Shown: positions 20,586 to 30,289, numbered from the stretch's first letter. The stretch: 64,000 nucleotides of DNA from an uncultured Limimaricola sp. (GCF_964022235.1 NZ_CAXHZL010000006.1:65300-129299), one strand, 5' to 3'. Notes: generated from the letters alone by a model not told the origin. Numbers and translations: made by a program.

Positions 20586-22211
20586 TTACTCGGTCACGAA
20601 GACGTAGTCGTAGTTCACGGGGATCGAGACCGGATCGACATAGAGCGCATCCGCCCCACCCATCCGCTCGGACTTCATGGTGTAGCGCTGCTCGTTGAAC
20701 ACCGGCACCCAAGGCGCGTCCTCCATGACCCTCATGTAGATGTCCGACCACTTGCCAAGCCGCGCTTCGGCCTGCGCCGGATCGGCCATGGCATCCGCCT
20801 CGGCGGCCATCGCGTCGAGATCCTCGTTGCAGTACCACGACCAGTTCCACCCCCCCGGCACGGCGCCCGCACAGCCAAGGATCGGACCATAGAAGTTCGA
20901 CGCGTCGGGGAAGTCGGCGATCCACGCCATGCCACCGGACCAGATCATCGGCGCCTGGCCTTCCTCGCCGCCCGCGGCGATGACGTTGGCCTGGGCCAGA
21001 GACTGGATCGAGGCGTCGATGCCGATCTGGCTCAGATCCTGCTGGATCGCCTGAGCGATGCGCGGGTTGGGATCGGTGTTCATCACGAAAAGCTCGGTCT
21101 CGAAGCCATCCGCGTGACCGGCCTCGGCCAAAAGCGCCTTGGCCGCCTCGACGTCGTAGGCGTAGCCCTCGTAGCCTTCGGTGTAGCCCGGCATCGAGGG
21201 CGGCAGCGGCTGCGTCGCGGGCACGGCGCGGCCATTGATGATCTGGGTGATCCGCTCCTTGTTGATCGCCATGTTGACGGCTTGGCGCACTTTCACGTCG
21301 TCGAAGGGCGCGATCTTGGTGTTGAGCGTGATATAGCCGGTGTGCAGCTGCCCGCCCTCGACCACGCGCTCGGCCTGCGCGGGATCGCTCATCACCTCGA
21401 CGAACTTGGCGGGCGGGATGCCGTCCCCGGGCACATCGACCTCGCCGTTCTGAAGCCGAAGCAGCGCCACGATCGGTTCCTGACCCACCTCGAAGGTGAT
21501 CTGGTCGAGATAGGGGATGCCTTCGCGCCAATAGTCGGGGTTCTTCTCGAACACGAGCCGCTGACCGATGGTCCAGTCGCCCAAGCGGAAGGCGCCGGTG
21601 CCCACAGGCTCCTTGCCGAAGTCGCCGCCCGCGGCCTCCACGGCTTCCTGCGGCACGACGCTTGCGAAGTTGAGCGCCATCACGTGCAGGAAGGTGGCGT
21701 CGGGACGCGACAAGGTGATCTCGACTGTCGCCTCGTCGATCACCTTCACACCCGACAGCCCCTCGGCCTCGCCCGAGGCGGCGGCGTCATAGCCCGCGAT
21801 CGCCCCGAAGAAGCCCGCGCCGGGCGACTGCGTCTCGGGCTTTGTCACGCGGTCGAGCGAGTATTTCACATCCTCGGCCGTCATCTCGCGACCGTTGTGG
21901 AACACGACACCGGGGCGCAGCTGGAAGGTGTAGGTCAGCCCGTCGTCCGAGATCTCGTAGCTTTCGGCTAGACCGGGGCGCAGGTCGGTGGTGCCGGGGA
22001 CATAGTCCATCAGCCCGTCGAAGATCGACTTGATCATCGACCAGTTCTGCCAGTCGTAGCCGATGGCCGGGTCGAGCGTGGCGACGTCGTCCTTGTAGGT
22101 GATGGTGATCGCGCCGCCGGGCGTGGCGGCCGGGTCGGGCTGGTAGTCCTGCGCCAGCGCGGGCACGGCAAGGGCCGCGATCAGCGCGGTCGAGGCGAGA
22201 AGCGTCTTCAT
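20586..22211 (-). CDS. ABC substrate-binding protein, family 5
   Basis: Internal ATG at 22211 gives the signal peptide MKTLLASTALIAALAVPALAQ. The longer ORF-track start has no support. Confidence 0.85.
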   Translation of the reverse strand: MKTLLASTALIAALAVPALAQDYQPDPAATPGGAITITYKDDVATLDPAIGYDWQNWSMIKSIFDGLMDYVPGTTDLRPGLAESYEISDDGLTYTFQLRPGVVFHNGREMTAEDVKYSLDRVTKPETQSPGAGFFGAIAGYDAAASGEAEGLSGVKVIDEATVEITLSRPDATFLHVMALNFASVVPQEAVEAAGGDFGKEPVGTGAFRLGDWTIGQRLVFEKNPDYWREGIPYLDQITFEVGQEPIVALLRLQNGEVDVPGDGIPPAKFVEVMSDPAQAERVVEGGQLHTGYITLNTKIAPFDDVKVRQAVNMAINKERITQIINGRAVPATQPLPPSMPGYTEGYEGYAYDVEAAKALLAEAGHADGFETELFVMNTDPNPRIAQAIQQDLSQIGIDASIQSLAQANVIAAGGEEGQAPMIWSGGMAWIADFPDASNFYGPILGCAGAVPGGWNWSWYCNEDLDAMAAEADAMADPAQAEARLGKWSDIYMRVMEDAPWVPVFNEQRYTMKSERMGGADALYVDPVSIPVNYDYVFVTE

Positions 22212-22257
22212 GTTCACTCTCCTGTCGGGTCTTTTCTTGGTTGGTCGTGCGGGGGTC

Positions 22258-23178
22258 TCAGCGCAGCTTGATGCGCGGATCGATGAGCGGGGTGACCAGA
22301 TCGGCCAGAAGGTTGCCGAGGACGATGGCGCAGGCTGAGACCAGCGTGACGCCCATGATGATCGGGATGTCGACGCGCTGGATCGCCTGCCACGCCAACT
22401 GGCCGATGCCGGGCCAGCCGAACACGCTCTCGACCACGACGATGCCACCCATGAAGATGCCGATGTCGATGCCGATCATCGCGATCACCGGCAGGATCGC
22501 GTTGGGCAGCGCGTGGCGCAGGATCACCTGCCTACGGGCAAGGCCCTTGGCCCGCGCGGTGCGGATGTAGTCGGCGCGCAGCACGTCGACCATCGAGGAA
22601 CGCATCATCCGGCTGTACCAGCCCGAGCCCATGATCCCGAGCGTCACAGAGGGCAGCACCAGATGCGCCGCCGTGCCGTAGCCGCCGATCGGAAACCAGC
22701 CGAGCTGCACCGCGAAGACGTAAAGCAGCAGCAGGCCTACCACGAACTGCGGCGCCGAGACGCCGACAAAGCTCGCGATCATCAGGCTCTGGTCGGTCGC
22801 GGTCCCGCGCCGGAGCGCCGCGACGATGCCCATGGTGAGCCCCAACACCAGCTCGCAGCCGATGGCACCCGCCATCAGCAGGAGCGAGGCCGGAAGCCGC
22901 GCCGCGATCAGCGTGCCCACGTCGGTGCGCTGCAGGTAGCTGCGACCCAGATCGCCCTGCACGAGGCCGGTGAGATAGCGCCAGTATTGCACCAAGAGCG
23001 GCTGATCGAGACCGAGCTGCTGGCGGATGTTTTCGACCGTCTGCGCCGTGGCCGAGCGACCGGCGATCTGGCGCACGGGATCGGCGGGCAGCGCGTAGAG
23101 CAAGAAGAAGGTGATGAACGACACTCCGAGCAGGATCAGCACCGAGACGATCAGACGGCGGACGATATAGGCGGCCAT
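22258..23178 (-). CDS. Peptide-type ABC permease (DppB-like)
   Basis: Internal ATG at 23178 (MAAYIVRRLIVSVLILLGVSFITFFLLYALPADP). TGATG overlap with the preceding permease. Confidence 0.85.
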   Translation of the reverse strand: MAAYIVRRLIVSVLILLGVSFITFFLLYALPADPVRQIAGRSATAQTVENIRQQLGLDQPLLVQYWRYLTGLVQGDLGRSYLQRTDVGTLIAARLPASLLLMAGAIGCELVLGLTMGIVAALRRGTATDQSLMIASFVGVSAPQFVVGLLLLYVFAVQLGWFPIGGYGTAAHLVLPSVTLGIMGSGWYSRMMRSSMVDVLRADYIRTARAKGLARRQVILRHALPNAILPVIAMIGIDIGIFMGGIVVVESVFGWPGIGQLAWQAIQRVDIPIIMGVTLVSACAIVLGNLLADLVTPLIDPRIKLR

Positions 23179-24089
23179 CAGTCGCGCCCCCTTTGCGTCG
23201 GGTCGAGCACGTCGCGCAGCGCGTCGCCCAAGAGGTTGAACGACAGCGCAAGGATCAGGATCGCGGCGCCGGGGAAGAACACGAGCCAAGGGGCGGCCTG
23301 AAAATAGGTCTGGTTCTCGAAGATGATGTTGCCCCAAGACGGCGTCGGCGGCTGCACCCCGATGCCGAGAAAGCTTAGCGTCGCCTCGAGGAGCACCGTG
23401 GTCGAGATGCCCAGCGTGCCCCAGACGATGATGGTCGGCACCAGATGCGGCAGGATGTGGCGCAGCAGGATCCGCGCATGCCCCGCGCCCAGCGTCTTTT
23501 CGGCGGCGATGAACTCGCGCTCGGACAGCGACGTGGTTTCGGTATAGAGCACCCGCGCCGTCTGGACCCAGTTCACGATGGCGATGACCATGGCGACGAT
23601 CCACAGCGAGGGCTGGAAGATCGCGGCGAGGCAAATCGCCAGCAACAGCGCCGGGAAGGCCATCATCAGATCGGTAAAGCGCATCAGCACCGCGCCGTAG
23701 AAGCCGCGAAAATACCCCGCCGTCACGCCGATCACCGTGCCGATCACCAGTGCGATGCCATTGGCAACCACGCCGATGATCAGCGAGGTGCGCGCACCAT
23801 AGAGGATGCGGGTGAGCAGATCGCGGCCCAGAAGATCGGTGCCGAGGGCGAAGTCGGCGTTGGGCGGCAAGGGTGCGCCGGTGATCGTCAGCCCGTCGAA
23901 CATCTGGTCGTTCGGATCGTAGGGCGTGAGCCATGGCGCGAAGATCGCCCCCGCCACAGTCGCCACGATGAGCGCCAGCCCGAACAGCGCCAGCTTGCGC
24001 CGCAACAGCCGCGCCAAGGCGCCTTTCGGCGCGGGACGTGCCATCGGCAACGGCGCACCGGCGGGCTGGGATCCGGTGGTGTCAGACAT
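23178..24089 (-). CDS. Peptide-type ABC permease (DppC-like)
   Basis: Internal ATG at 24089 (MSDTTGSQ...LALFGLALIVATVAGAIFAPWLTPYDPNDQ). Overlaps the amiR stop by 8 nt. Confidence 0.85.
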   Translation of the reverse strand: MSDTTGSQPAGAPLPMARPAPKGALARLLRRKLALFGLALIVATVAGAIFAPWLTPYDPNDQMFDGLTITGAPLPPNADFALGTDLLGRDLLTRILYGARTSLIIGVVANGIALVIGTVIGVTAGYFRGFYGAVLMRFTDLMMAFPALLLAICLAAIFQPSLWIVAMVIAIVNWVQTARVLYTETTSLSEREFIAAEKTLGAGHARILLRHILPHLVPTIIVWGTLGISTTVLLEATLSFLGIGVQPPTPSWGNIIFENQTYFQAAPWLVFFPGAAILILALSFNLLGDALRDVLDPTQRGRD

Positions 24090-24696
24090 CGTGTCCCTTT
24101 CTCGCCGCCTGCGGGGCGGTCTTGTCGTCGGGCTCGGCGCAGATCCGCCGCGCCGCCTGCTCGATGGTGTCCTGCCAGGCCATCGCCATGGCGCGCAGCT
24201 GCGCATAGGCCTCGGCCTCGGAGCGGCCGCGCGCCATCAGCACCAGCACTGCGCGCACCACCGTCTGCCGCTCGGCCAGCCGCGCGCGCAGCGCCGCAAT
24301 CTCGTCGGCGGCGGCGCGGCGCGTCTCGAAGCCCTGCCGCGCGATCAGCAGCGCCGAATAAACGCCGCCTGTGCCAATGGGCTTGAGCAGATGCGCATCC
24401 GCCCCCTGCCCCAACGCCCATTCGATCCGCCCCGGCGCCTCCGAGCCGATCAGCGCGATCATCGGCATCGGCGCCTCTCCGGGGGACCATGGAAACATCG
24501 CGTCGTGGCACTGGTCGGCATCGAAGAACACGAAGTCGGCGGCCAACGCGTCCGGTCCCAGATCGGGCCAGACCGGCTCGGCCCGCAAGCCGATCGCCGC
24601 GAGCTGACGGCTCAGCGCCTGCACCGTGGCGTGCGGGCGGTGCAGCACCAGCGCGGTCGCGCCGCCAAGCTCGGGCGTGGCCAAACGACGGCTCAT
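24082..24696 (-). CDS. amiR: AmiR-type ANTAR antiterminator (pseudo-receiver + coiled coil + ANTAR)
   Basis: The ATG at 24696 makes an ATGA overlap with amiC. The C-terminus AALRARLAERQTVVRAVLVLMARGRSEAEAYAQLRAMAMAWQDTIEQAARRI is ANTAR-like. The architecture parallels P. aeruginosa AmiR. Confidence 0.8.
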   Translation of the reverse strand: MSRRLATPELGGATALVLHRPHATVQALSRQLAAIGLRAEPVWPDLGPDALAADFVFFDADQCHDAMFPWSPGEAPMPMIALIGSEAPGRIEWALGQGADAHLLKPIGTGGVYSALLIARQGFETRRAAADEIAALRARLAERQTVVRAVLVLMARGRSEAEAYAQLRAMAMAWQDTIEQAARRICAEPDDKTAPQAARKGHDV

Positions 24697-25766
24697 GGCA
24701 CGAGCTTCAGCATGGGGCGCGTGGCGCCGGGCCAACGTTCACGCCGCGCCAGATAGGGATCGGCCTCGACCGCCCCTTCGCTGTGCATCACCCGAAACTG
24801 CCCCTCCTCGACCCGCGCGATAAGCACCGGCAAGGCCATATGATGTGTTTCGGGGTCGATGCCATGCGCACGAAGCCCCTCCGGGAACCCCGACCTCGCC
24901 GCTTCGATCCGGGCCAGCGTGGTCACTGCGACATAGGCGGCGGCGGCATAGGACGAGACCGGCCGCCGTCGTCCAACCGGTTTCCAGAGCGTCGATCCCG
25001 CGAAATGCGGCCCCGCCGACACCGCGCCTTCGGCTGCGGCACCGAGCGCCGGGGTTTCGCATTCGGTCAGGTTGCACGACAGCACCGGGCAAAGCCCTTC
25101 GGCAAAGGCGGGATCGGTTTCGCGCAACTCGCGCAACGCCCGAAGGAAGGCATGGGACGAGTTGCCGATCAGGTTGTTGAGGATGAAATCCGGCTCGGTG
25201 GCACGGATCTCCTCGATCAGACGTCCCACGTCGGTATCGCCCAACGGCAGGTAGCGCTCGCCTGTCACGTCGCCGCCGCTGCTGCCGATCACCTCGCGCG
25301 CGACCCGGTTCATCTCCCAGCCCCAGATGTAGTTGGACCCGACGAGAAAGCCCCGCTTGCCATAGCGCGGGAAGGTCCAGTGCAGCAGCGGCAGCAGGTG
25401 CTGGTTGGGGCAGGCATGGGTGTAGATGACGCGGTCGGAGGCCTCGAACCCCTCGTAGGGACAAGCGTACCAGAGCATCCCGCCAACCTTTTCGAGCGCC
25501 GGGATCACTTCCTTGCGGCTCGAAGAGGTGATGCAGCCCACGACATGGTGCAGGTCGCCCTCTGCAAGCATTTCGGCGCAAAGCGGGCCATAGAGATCGA
25601 GATTGCCCGCCGGGTCACGCTCGACCACCTCGATGGTGATGCCCTGCCCCGGATCGGCGTTGATGTCCGCTACCGCCGCCAGTGCACCGTCGCGGCAGGC
25701 CGCCGACATCGCCGCGTATTCGCCGCTTCGAGAATAGAGCAGTCCGATCCTGAGTTTGCGATCCAC
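24693..25766 (-). CDS. amiC: AmiC-type amide-sensing negative regulator (type-I periplasmic-binding-protein fold, cytoplasmic)
   Basis: GTG at 25766 (VDRKLRIGLLYSRSGEYAAM...) with GGGGGAG 6 nt upstream. Collinear by eye with P. aeruginosa AmiC (IGLLFSETG...CYPTPYEGFE / here WYACPYEGFE). The upstream 39 codons of the track ORF cover a terminator. Confidence 0.8.
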   Translation of the reverse strand: MDRKLRIGLLYSRSGEYAAMSAACRDGALAAVADINADPGQGITIEVVERDPAGNLDLYGPLCAEMLAEGDLHHVVGCITSSSRKEVIPALEKVGGMLWYACPYEGFEASDRVIYTHACPNQHLLPLLHWTFPRYGKRGFLVGSNYIWGWEMNRVAREVIGSSGGDVTGERYLPLGDTDVGRLIEEIRATEPDFILNNLIGNSSHAFLRALRELRETDPAFAEGLCPVLSCNLTECETPALGAAAEGAVSAGPHFAGSTLWKPVGRRRPVSSYAAAAYVAVTTLARIEAARSGFPEGLRAHGIDPETHHMALPVLIARVEEGQFRVMHSEGAVEADPYLARRERWPGATRPMLKLVP

Positions 25767-25779
25767 GGGTGCTCCCCCC

Positions 25780-25829
25780 AAAAAAGAAAAGCCCGCTCGA
25801 AGACGCGATGATGCGCAACGAAGCGGGCT
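25780..25829 (-). terminator. Intrinsic terminator in the amiC leader (candidate AmiR-controlled attenuator)
   Basis: Minus-strand RNA has AGCCCGCU (25829-25822) pairing with AGCGGGCU (25797-25790), followed immediately by UUUUCUUUUUU (25790-25780). The amiC RBS and GUG come next. Confidence 0.6.
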
Positions 25830-26248
25830 CGAATGCCGTCCGGCTCGGGGCCGGTATGTCGCGACAAATCTGCGCCGGTTCACGCCGAGCCGTCAAGCGC
25901 GGCGTCGAAGAAATTGCGCGCAGGGGCCCTCGTTCGATGTTTGCTGCAAAATCGCGCGCCAATCGCACATGAAAGGCAAAGACGCCGCGTATGATGGTCG
26001 GAACCAATCCCAGATCGGAGCCGATCCCCGGCTCCTCTTATCCGAAACCGCCCTGCCCCATGGCTGTCGTAGAGGGCCATTCTTGACGTTGAAGCAGCCT
26101 GCAGCAGCGGCGCGCGAAGGGCGCTGCGAGCTCTTTGCCATGCCGCTGGAAAATTTCTCAAAATTCGGCTATGGTCGCTGAAACCTGCAAGATTGCCACC
26201 CGGCTGGCCTGCGGTCTGCAAGCCTGTCACGTGGCGAAGGGCATCGCC

Positions 26249-27094
26249 ATGATCGTTGCGGCTAGTTTGGTTCTGATTGTTCTGTTTTCCGTCGTATTCC
26301 ACATGGTCAGCCCATGGTGGTGGACGCCCATCGCCTCGAACTGGGGCTATATCGACACCACCCTCGTCGTCACCTTCTGGATCACCGGCACGGTCTTTGC
26401 CGCCGTGGTTCTGTTCATGGCGTGGTGCGTGTTTCGCTATCGCCACAAGCCTGGCCGCGTCGCCGCCTACGAGCCCGAGAGCAAGCGGCTAGAGATCTGG
26501 CTCACCGTCATCACCGCAATCGGTGTGGCGGCGATGCTGGCGCCGGGACTGGTGGTCTGGAAGCGTTTCATCACCGTCCCCGACGAGGCGACCGAGATCG
26601 AGGTCGTGGCCCAGCAGTGGTTCTGGAGCTACCGGTTGCCGGGCGAAGACGGCACGCTCGGGACATCTGGGGTCAACTGGATTTCCCCAGACAACCCGCT
26701 CGGCATCAGCCCTCACGACCGCTTCGGCGCCGACGACGTGGTTATCGACGGCGGCGACCTGCACTTGCCGATCGGCAAGCCGGTCAAGGTGCTGCTGCGC
26801 TCGGTCGACGTGCTGCATGATTTCTACGTGCCCGAGTTCCGCGCCAAGATGGACATGGTGCCCGGCATGGTCACCTATTTTTGGTTTACCCCCACCCGTA
26901 CCGGCGAATTCGAAGTGCTCTGCGCCGAGCTCTGCGGCACCGGGCACGGCTACATGCGCGGCTACGTGCTGATCGACGACGAGGTCGATTACGAGGCCTG
27001 GCTCGGTGATCAGATCACCTTCGCGGGGCTGCCTGCGGATGGTGGCGTGAAACTCGCGGGAGCATCGGAGCCAAGTGGAGGAAGCGATCCATGA
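26249..27094 (+). CDS. Cytochrome c oxidase subunit II (CuA; CoxM-like)
   Basis: CuA motif HDFYVPEF...CAELCGTGHGYM. Start uncertain: in-frame candidates at 26135, 26171 and 26249. I chose 26249 because of GAAGGG upstream. ATGA overlap with subunit I. Confidence 0.85.
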   Translation: MIVAASLVLIVLFSVVFHMVSPWWWTPIASNWGYIDTTLVVTFWITGTVFAAVVLFMAWCVFRYRHKPGRVAAYEPESKRLEIWLTVITAIGVAAMLAPGLVVWKRFITVPDEATEIEVVAQQWFWSYRLPGEDGTLGTSGVNWISPDNPLGISPHDRFGADDVVIDGGDLHLPIGKPVKVLLRSVDVLHDFYVPEFRAKMDMVPGMVTYFWFTPTRTGEFEVLCAELCGTGHGYMRGYVLIDDEVDYEAWLGDQITFAGLPADGGVKLAGASEPSGGSDP

Positions 27095-28863
27095 GCAGCG
27101 TCAGCGAAGACCCCGACACGGGCATCCCCCCCGCCGAAGTGCCCGACCTGCCGCCGCCGCACGCCCATGGCTGGTGGTCACGCTGGGTGTTTTCGCAAGA
27201 CGCCAAATATATCGCGCTGCAATACTCCGGCACCGCCATCGCCATCGGCCTCGTCGCACTGGTGCTGTCTTGGCTAATCCGGATGCAGCTCGGATTTCCG
27301 GGGGTGTTCGACTTCATCTCGGCCGAGGCCTATTACCAGTTCATCACCATGCACGGCATGATCATGGTGGTCTATCTGCTCACCGCGATCTTTCTGGGCG
27401 GCTTCGGCAACTACTTGATCCCGTTGATGGTCGGCGCGCGGGACATGGTGTTTCCCTTCGTCAACATGCTGAGCTTCTGGATGTATTTCGTGGCCGTCGT
27501 GGTGCTCGTGGCGAGCTTCTTCGCGCCGGGCGGACCCACGGGGGCGGGATGGACGCTGTATCCGCCGCAGGCGATCCTGTCGGGCACGCCGGGCGGTACG
27601 CAATGGGGCATCGTGTTGATGCTCGTGTCGCTGATCCTGTTCATCATCGGCTTTACCATGGGCGGGCTGAACTACGCCGTCACCGTGTTGCAGGGCCGCA
27701 CGCGTGGCATGACGCTCATGCGGATGCCGCTCACCATCTGGGGCATTTTCACCGCCACGGTGATGGCGCTGCTGGCTTTCCCGGCGCTCTTCGTGGCAAG
27801 CGTGATGATGCTCTTCGACCGATTGCTTGGCACCTCGTTCTTCATGCCGGCGCTGGTCGAGATGGGCGAACAGCTGAGCTACGGCGGTGGCTCGCCGATC
27901 GTGTTCCAGCACCTGTTCTGGTTCTTCGGCCACCCTGAGGTCTACATCGTGGCGCTGCCAGCTTTCGGCATCGTGTCGGACCTGATCGCGGTGCACGCGC
28001 GCAAGAACATCTTCGGCTACCGGATGATGGTCTGGGCCATCGTCATCATCGGCGCTCTGTCGTTCATCGTCTGGGCGCACCATATGTACGTCTCGGGCAT
28101 GCATCCCTATTTCGGCTTCTTCTTCGCCACCACGACGCTGATCATCGCGGTGCCCACGGCGCTCAAGGTCTACAACTGGGTGCTGACCCTCTATCGCGGC
28201 GACATCCACCTGACATTGCCAATGCTCTTCGCGCTGGGATTTATCGTCACCTTCCTCAACGGCGGACTCACGGGGCTCTTTCTTGGCAACGTGGTGGTCG
28301 ACGTGCCGCTGTCGGACACGATGTTCGTGGTGGCGCATTTCCATATGGTCATGGGCGTGGCGCCGATCATGGTGATCTACGGCGCGATCTATCACTGGTT
28401 CCCGCTGATTTCGGGACGGTTCTTGTCAAAGCGTCTCGGATTGATCCATTTCTGGGTCACCTTTATCGGCGCCTACGCGATCTTCTTCCCGATGCATTAC
28501 GTGGGCCTCGTTGGCGTGCCGCGCCGCTATCCCGACATCTCGGCAAGCTTCGTGCCCGAAAGCGTCGCCACGCTCAACGCCTTCATCTCCGTCGCCGCAT
28601 TGACCGTCGGCGCGGCGCAGATGCTGTTTCTGTTCAATGTCGCGTGGAGCCTGCGCTTTGGACGCAAGTCCGGCCTCAACCCGTGGCGCGCGGCCTCGCT
28701 CGAATGGCAAACGCCAGAGGCCCCGCCGCGTCACGGCAACTGGAGCGAGACGCTGCCGGTGGTCTACCGCTGGGCCTATGACTACAGCGTACCGGGGGCC
28801 GCGCGCGACTATGTCGCCCAAAACGATCCCGGCCCCGCCGCCGCATGGAGCCATACGCCATGA
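27091..28863 (+). CDS. Cytochrome c oxidase subunit I (heme-copper oxidase; CoxN-like)
   Basis: 590 aa, 12+ TM, canonical WFFGHPEVYI and VAHFHMVM motifs. Confidence 0.93.
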   Translation: MSSVSEDPDTGIPPAEVPDLPPPHAHGWWSRWVFSQDAKYIALQYSGTAIAIGLVALVLSWLIRMQLGFPGVFDFISAEAYYQFITMHGMIMVVYLLTAIFLGGFGNYLIPLMVGARDMVFPFVNMLSFWMYFVAVVVLVASFFAPGGPTGAGWTLYPPQAILSGTPGGTQWGIVLMLVSLILFIIGFTMGGLNYAVTVLQGRTRGMTLMRMPLTIWGIFTATVMALLAFPALFVASVMMLFDRLLGTSFFMPALVEMGEQLSYGGGSPIVFQHLFWFFGHPEVYIVALPAFGIVSDLIAVHARKNIFGYRMMVWAIVIIGALSFIVWAHHMYVSGMHPYFGFFFATTTLIIAVPTALKVYNWVLTLYRGDIHLTLPMLFALGFIVTFLNGGLTGLFLGNVVVDVPLSDTMFVVAHFHMVMGVAPIMVIYGAIYHWFPLISGRFLSKRLGLIHFWVTFIGAYAIFFPMHYVGLVGVPRRYPDISASFVPESVATLNAFISVAALTVGAAQMLFLFNVAWSLRFGRKSGLNPWRAASLEWQTPEAPPRHGNWSETLPVVYRWAYDYSVPGAARDYVAQNDPGPAAAWSHTP

Positions 28864-29558
28864 GCATCGTGCTCGCCTTTATCGCCGGGGTCGCGGTGAT
28901 CGCGGGCTGGTGGCTGTCTCGGCAGGGCCTTGGCGACAAACCGTGGTTGGAAACGGGGGCCGTGACCGCCGTGCCCTCGCCCGGCGGTCTGCCCGTGGGC
29001 AAAATGGGGCTCGGCGTGTTTCTGGGCGTGGTGGGCGTGCTATTCGCGCTGACCGGCAGCGCGGTCGTGATGCGCATGGGCTTCGCCGACTGGTTCGAAC
29101 TGCGGCTGCCGCGCGTGGTCTGGGCCAGTACGGCGCTCCTGATGCTGAGCAGCGTCGCGCTGCACATCGCGCAGCGCGCGGCGCGAAGCGGCGACGAGCG
29201 CCTGCTCCGCCTCACCGTGGCGGTGGGCGGCCTCACGGCAGCGGGCTTTCTCGCAGGTCAGCTCGCGGCATGGTCGGCGCTGGCGCAAAGCGGCCAGACC
29301 CTCGCCTCTAATCCGGGCGTGAGCTTCTTCTACCTGATCGCGGGGTTGCACGGGCTGCACATCATCGGCGGTCTGGTGGCGCTGGGGCGCGTTGGCCTGC
29401 GGCTGCGTGAGCGGGCCGTCCCGGACCAGACGACGCGCAGCGTTACGCTTTGCGCGATCTACTGGCACGCGCTGCTGGTCGTCTGGGTTGCAATGCTGAC
29501 GCTGCTGATGGGCTGGGCGAGCGACGTGGTGTCGCTGTGCCGGGCGATCCTGACATGA
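28860..29558 (+). CDS. Heme-copper oxidase subunit III-like protein (CoxO-like)
   Basis: ATG at 28860 (ATGA overlap with subunit I). FFYLIAGLHGLHIIGGLVAL and YWHALLVVW motifs. Confidence 0.75.
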   Translation: MSIVLAFIAGVAVIAGWWLSRQGLGDKPWLETGAVTAVPSPGGLPVGKMGLGVFLGVVGVLFALTGSAVVMRMGFADWFELRLPRVVWASTALLMLSSVALHIAQRAARSGDERLLRLTVAVGGLTAAGFLAGQLAAWSALAQSGQTLASNPGVSFFYLIAGLHGLHIIGGLVALGRVGLRLRERAVPDQTTRSVTLCAIYWHALLVVWVAMLTLLMGWASDVVSLCRAILT

Positions 29559-29568
29559 GGAGGCTGCC

Positions 29569-30282
29569 ATGACCGACGCGACCGCCCCCCACACACCGGC
29601 CCGCCCGGACGGGCTCGAAGGGGTCGCCGCGGACTGGGCCTCGGACCAAAGGGCGTTCAAAACCGCCTCCTGGGGCAAGGCGATGATGTGGATCTTCCTG
29701 CTCAGTGACACCTTCGTCTTCGCGATTTTCCTGATCTCCTACATGTCGGCCCGCAGTTCGACCGAGACCGAGTGGCCCAACGCCAGCGAGGTCTTCGCGC
29801 TGCATGTCGGGCATACGGAGCTGCCGCTCTTGCTCATCGCGATCATGACCTTCGTGCTGATCACCTCGTCAGGGACCATGGCGATGGCGGTGAATTTCGC
29901 CTATGCGCGCAACGCCAGACGCACCGCGCAGCTGATGTTCGCGACCGCCGCACTTGGCATCTGCTTCGTCGGCATGCAGGCCTTTGAGTGGTCTAAGCTG
30001 ATCTCCGAGGGCGTGCGCCCTTGGGGCAACCCCTGGGGCGCCGAGCAGTTCGGCGCCAGCTTCTTCATGATTACCGGCTTTCACGGCACCCATGTCAGCT
30101 TCGGGGTGCTGTTCCTGCTGATCGTCGCCAACAAAGTCCGCAAGGGCGAATTCGACAGCGGCCGGCGGACCTGGCTCTGCCGAGAGAAAGGCGATTACGA
30201 GGCGGTCGAGATCATGGGGCTCTACTGGCACTTCGTCGACCTCGTCTGGGTCTTCATCTTCGCGTTCTTCTACCTGTGGTGA
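29569..30282 (+). CDS. Cytochrome c oxidase subunit III (CoxP-like)
   Basis: FFMITGFHGTHVSFGVLFLL and YWHFVDLVWVFIFAFFYLW motifs. Confidence 0.85.
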   Translation: MTDATAPHTPARPDGLEGVAADWASDQRAFKTASWGKAMMWIFLLSDTFVFAIFLISYMSARSSTETEWPNASEVFALHVGHTELPLLLIAIMTFVLITSSGTMAMAVNFAYARNARRTAQLMFATAALGICFVGMQAFEWSKLISEGVRPWGNPWGAEQFGASFFMITGFHGTHVSFGVLFLLIVANKVRKGEFDSGRRTWLCREKGDYEAVEIMGLYWHFVDLVWVFIFAFFYLW

Positions 30283-30289
30283 GGGAAAC

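Noticed and set aside
17964-21971. 561-aa (17964..19649) and 465-aa (20574..21971) plus-strand ORFs
   Set aside because: Antisense shadows of the fused ABC ATPase and the family-5 binding protein. Low-complexity Arg/Gly/Asp/His composition.
25804-25816. GCG-AUGAUG-CGC mini-hairpin whose hexaloop would fit the ANTAR A1/G4 rule
   Set aside because: The A1/G4 reading holds only on the plus strand. The amiC leader is transcribed from the minus strand, where the loop reads CAUCAU. No convincing dual-hexaloop ANTAR site was found by eye.
25880-26446. Minus-strand ORFs (188 aa, 130 aa, 82 aa) between amiC and the cox cluster
   Set aside because: No RBS or motifs, and they overlap the coxII 5' region and the divergent promoter area. 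Treated as non-coding leader and promoter DNA.
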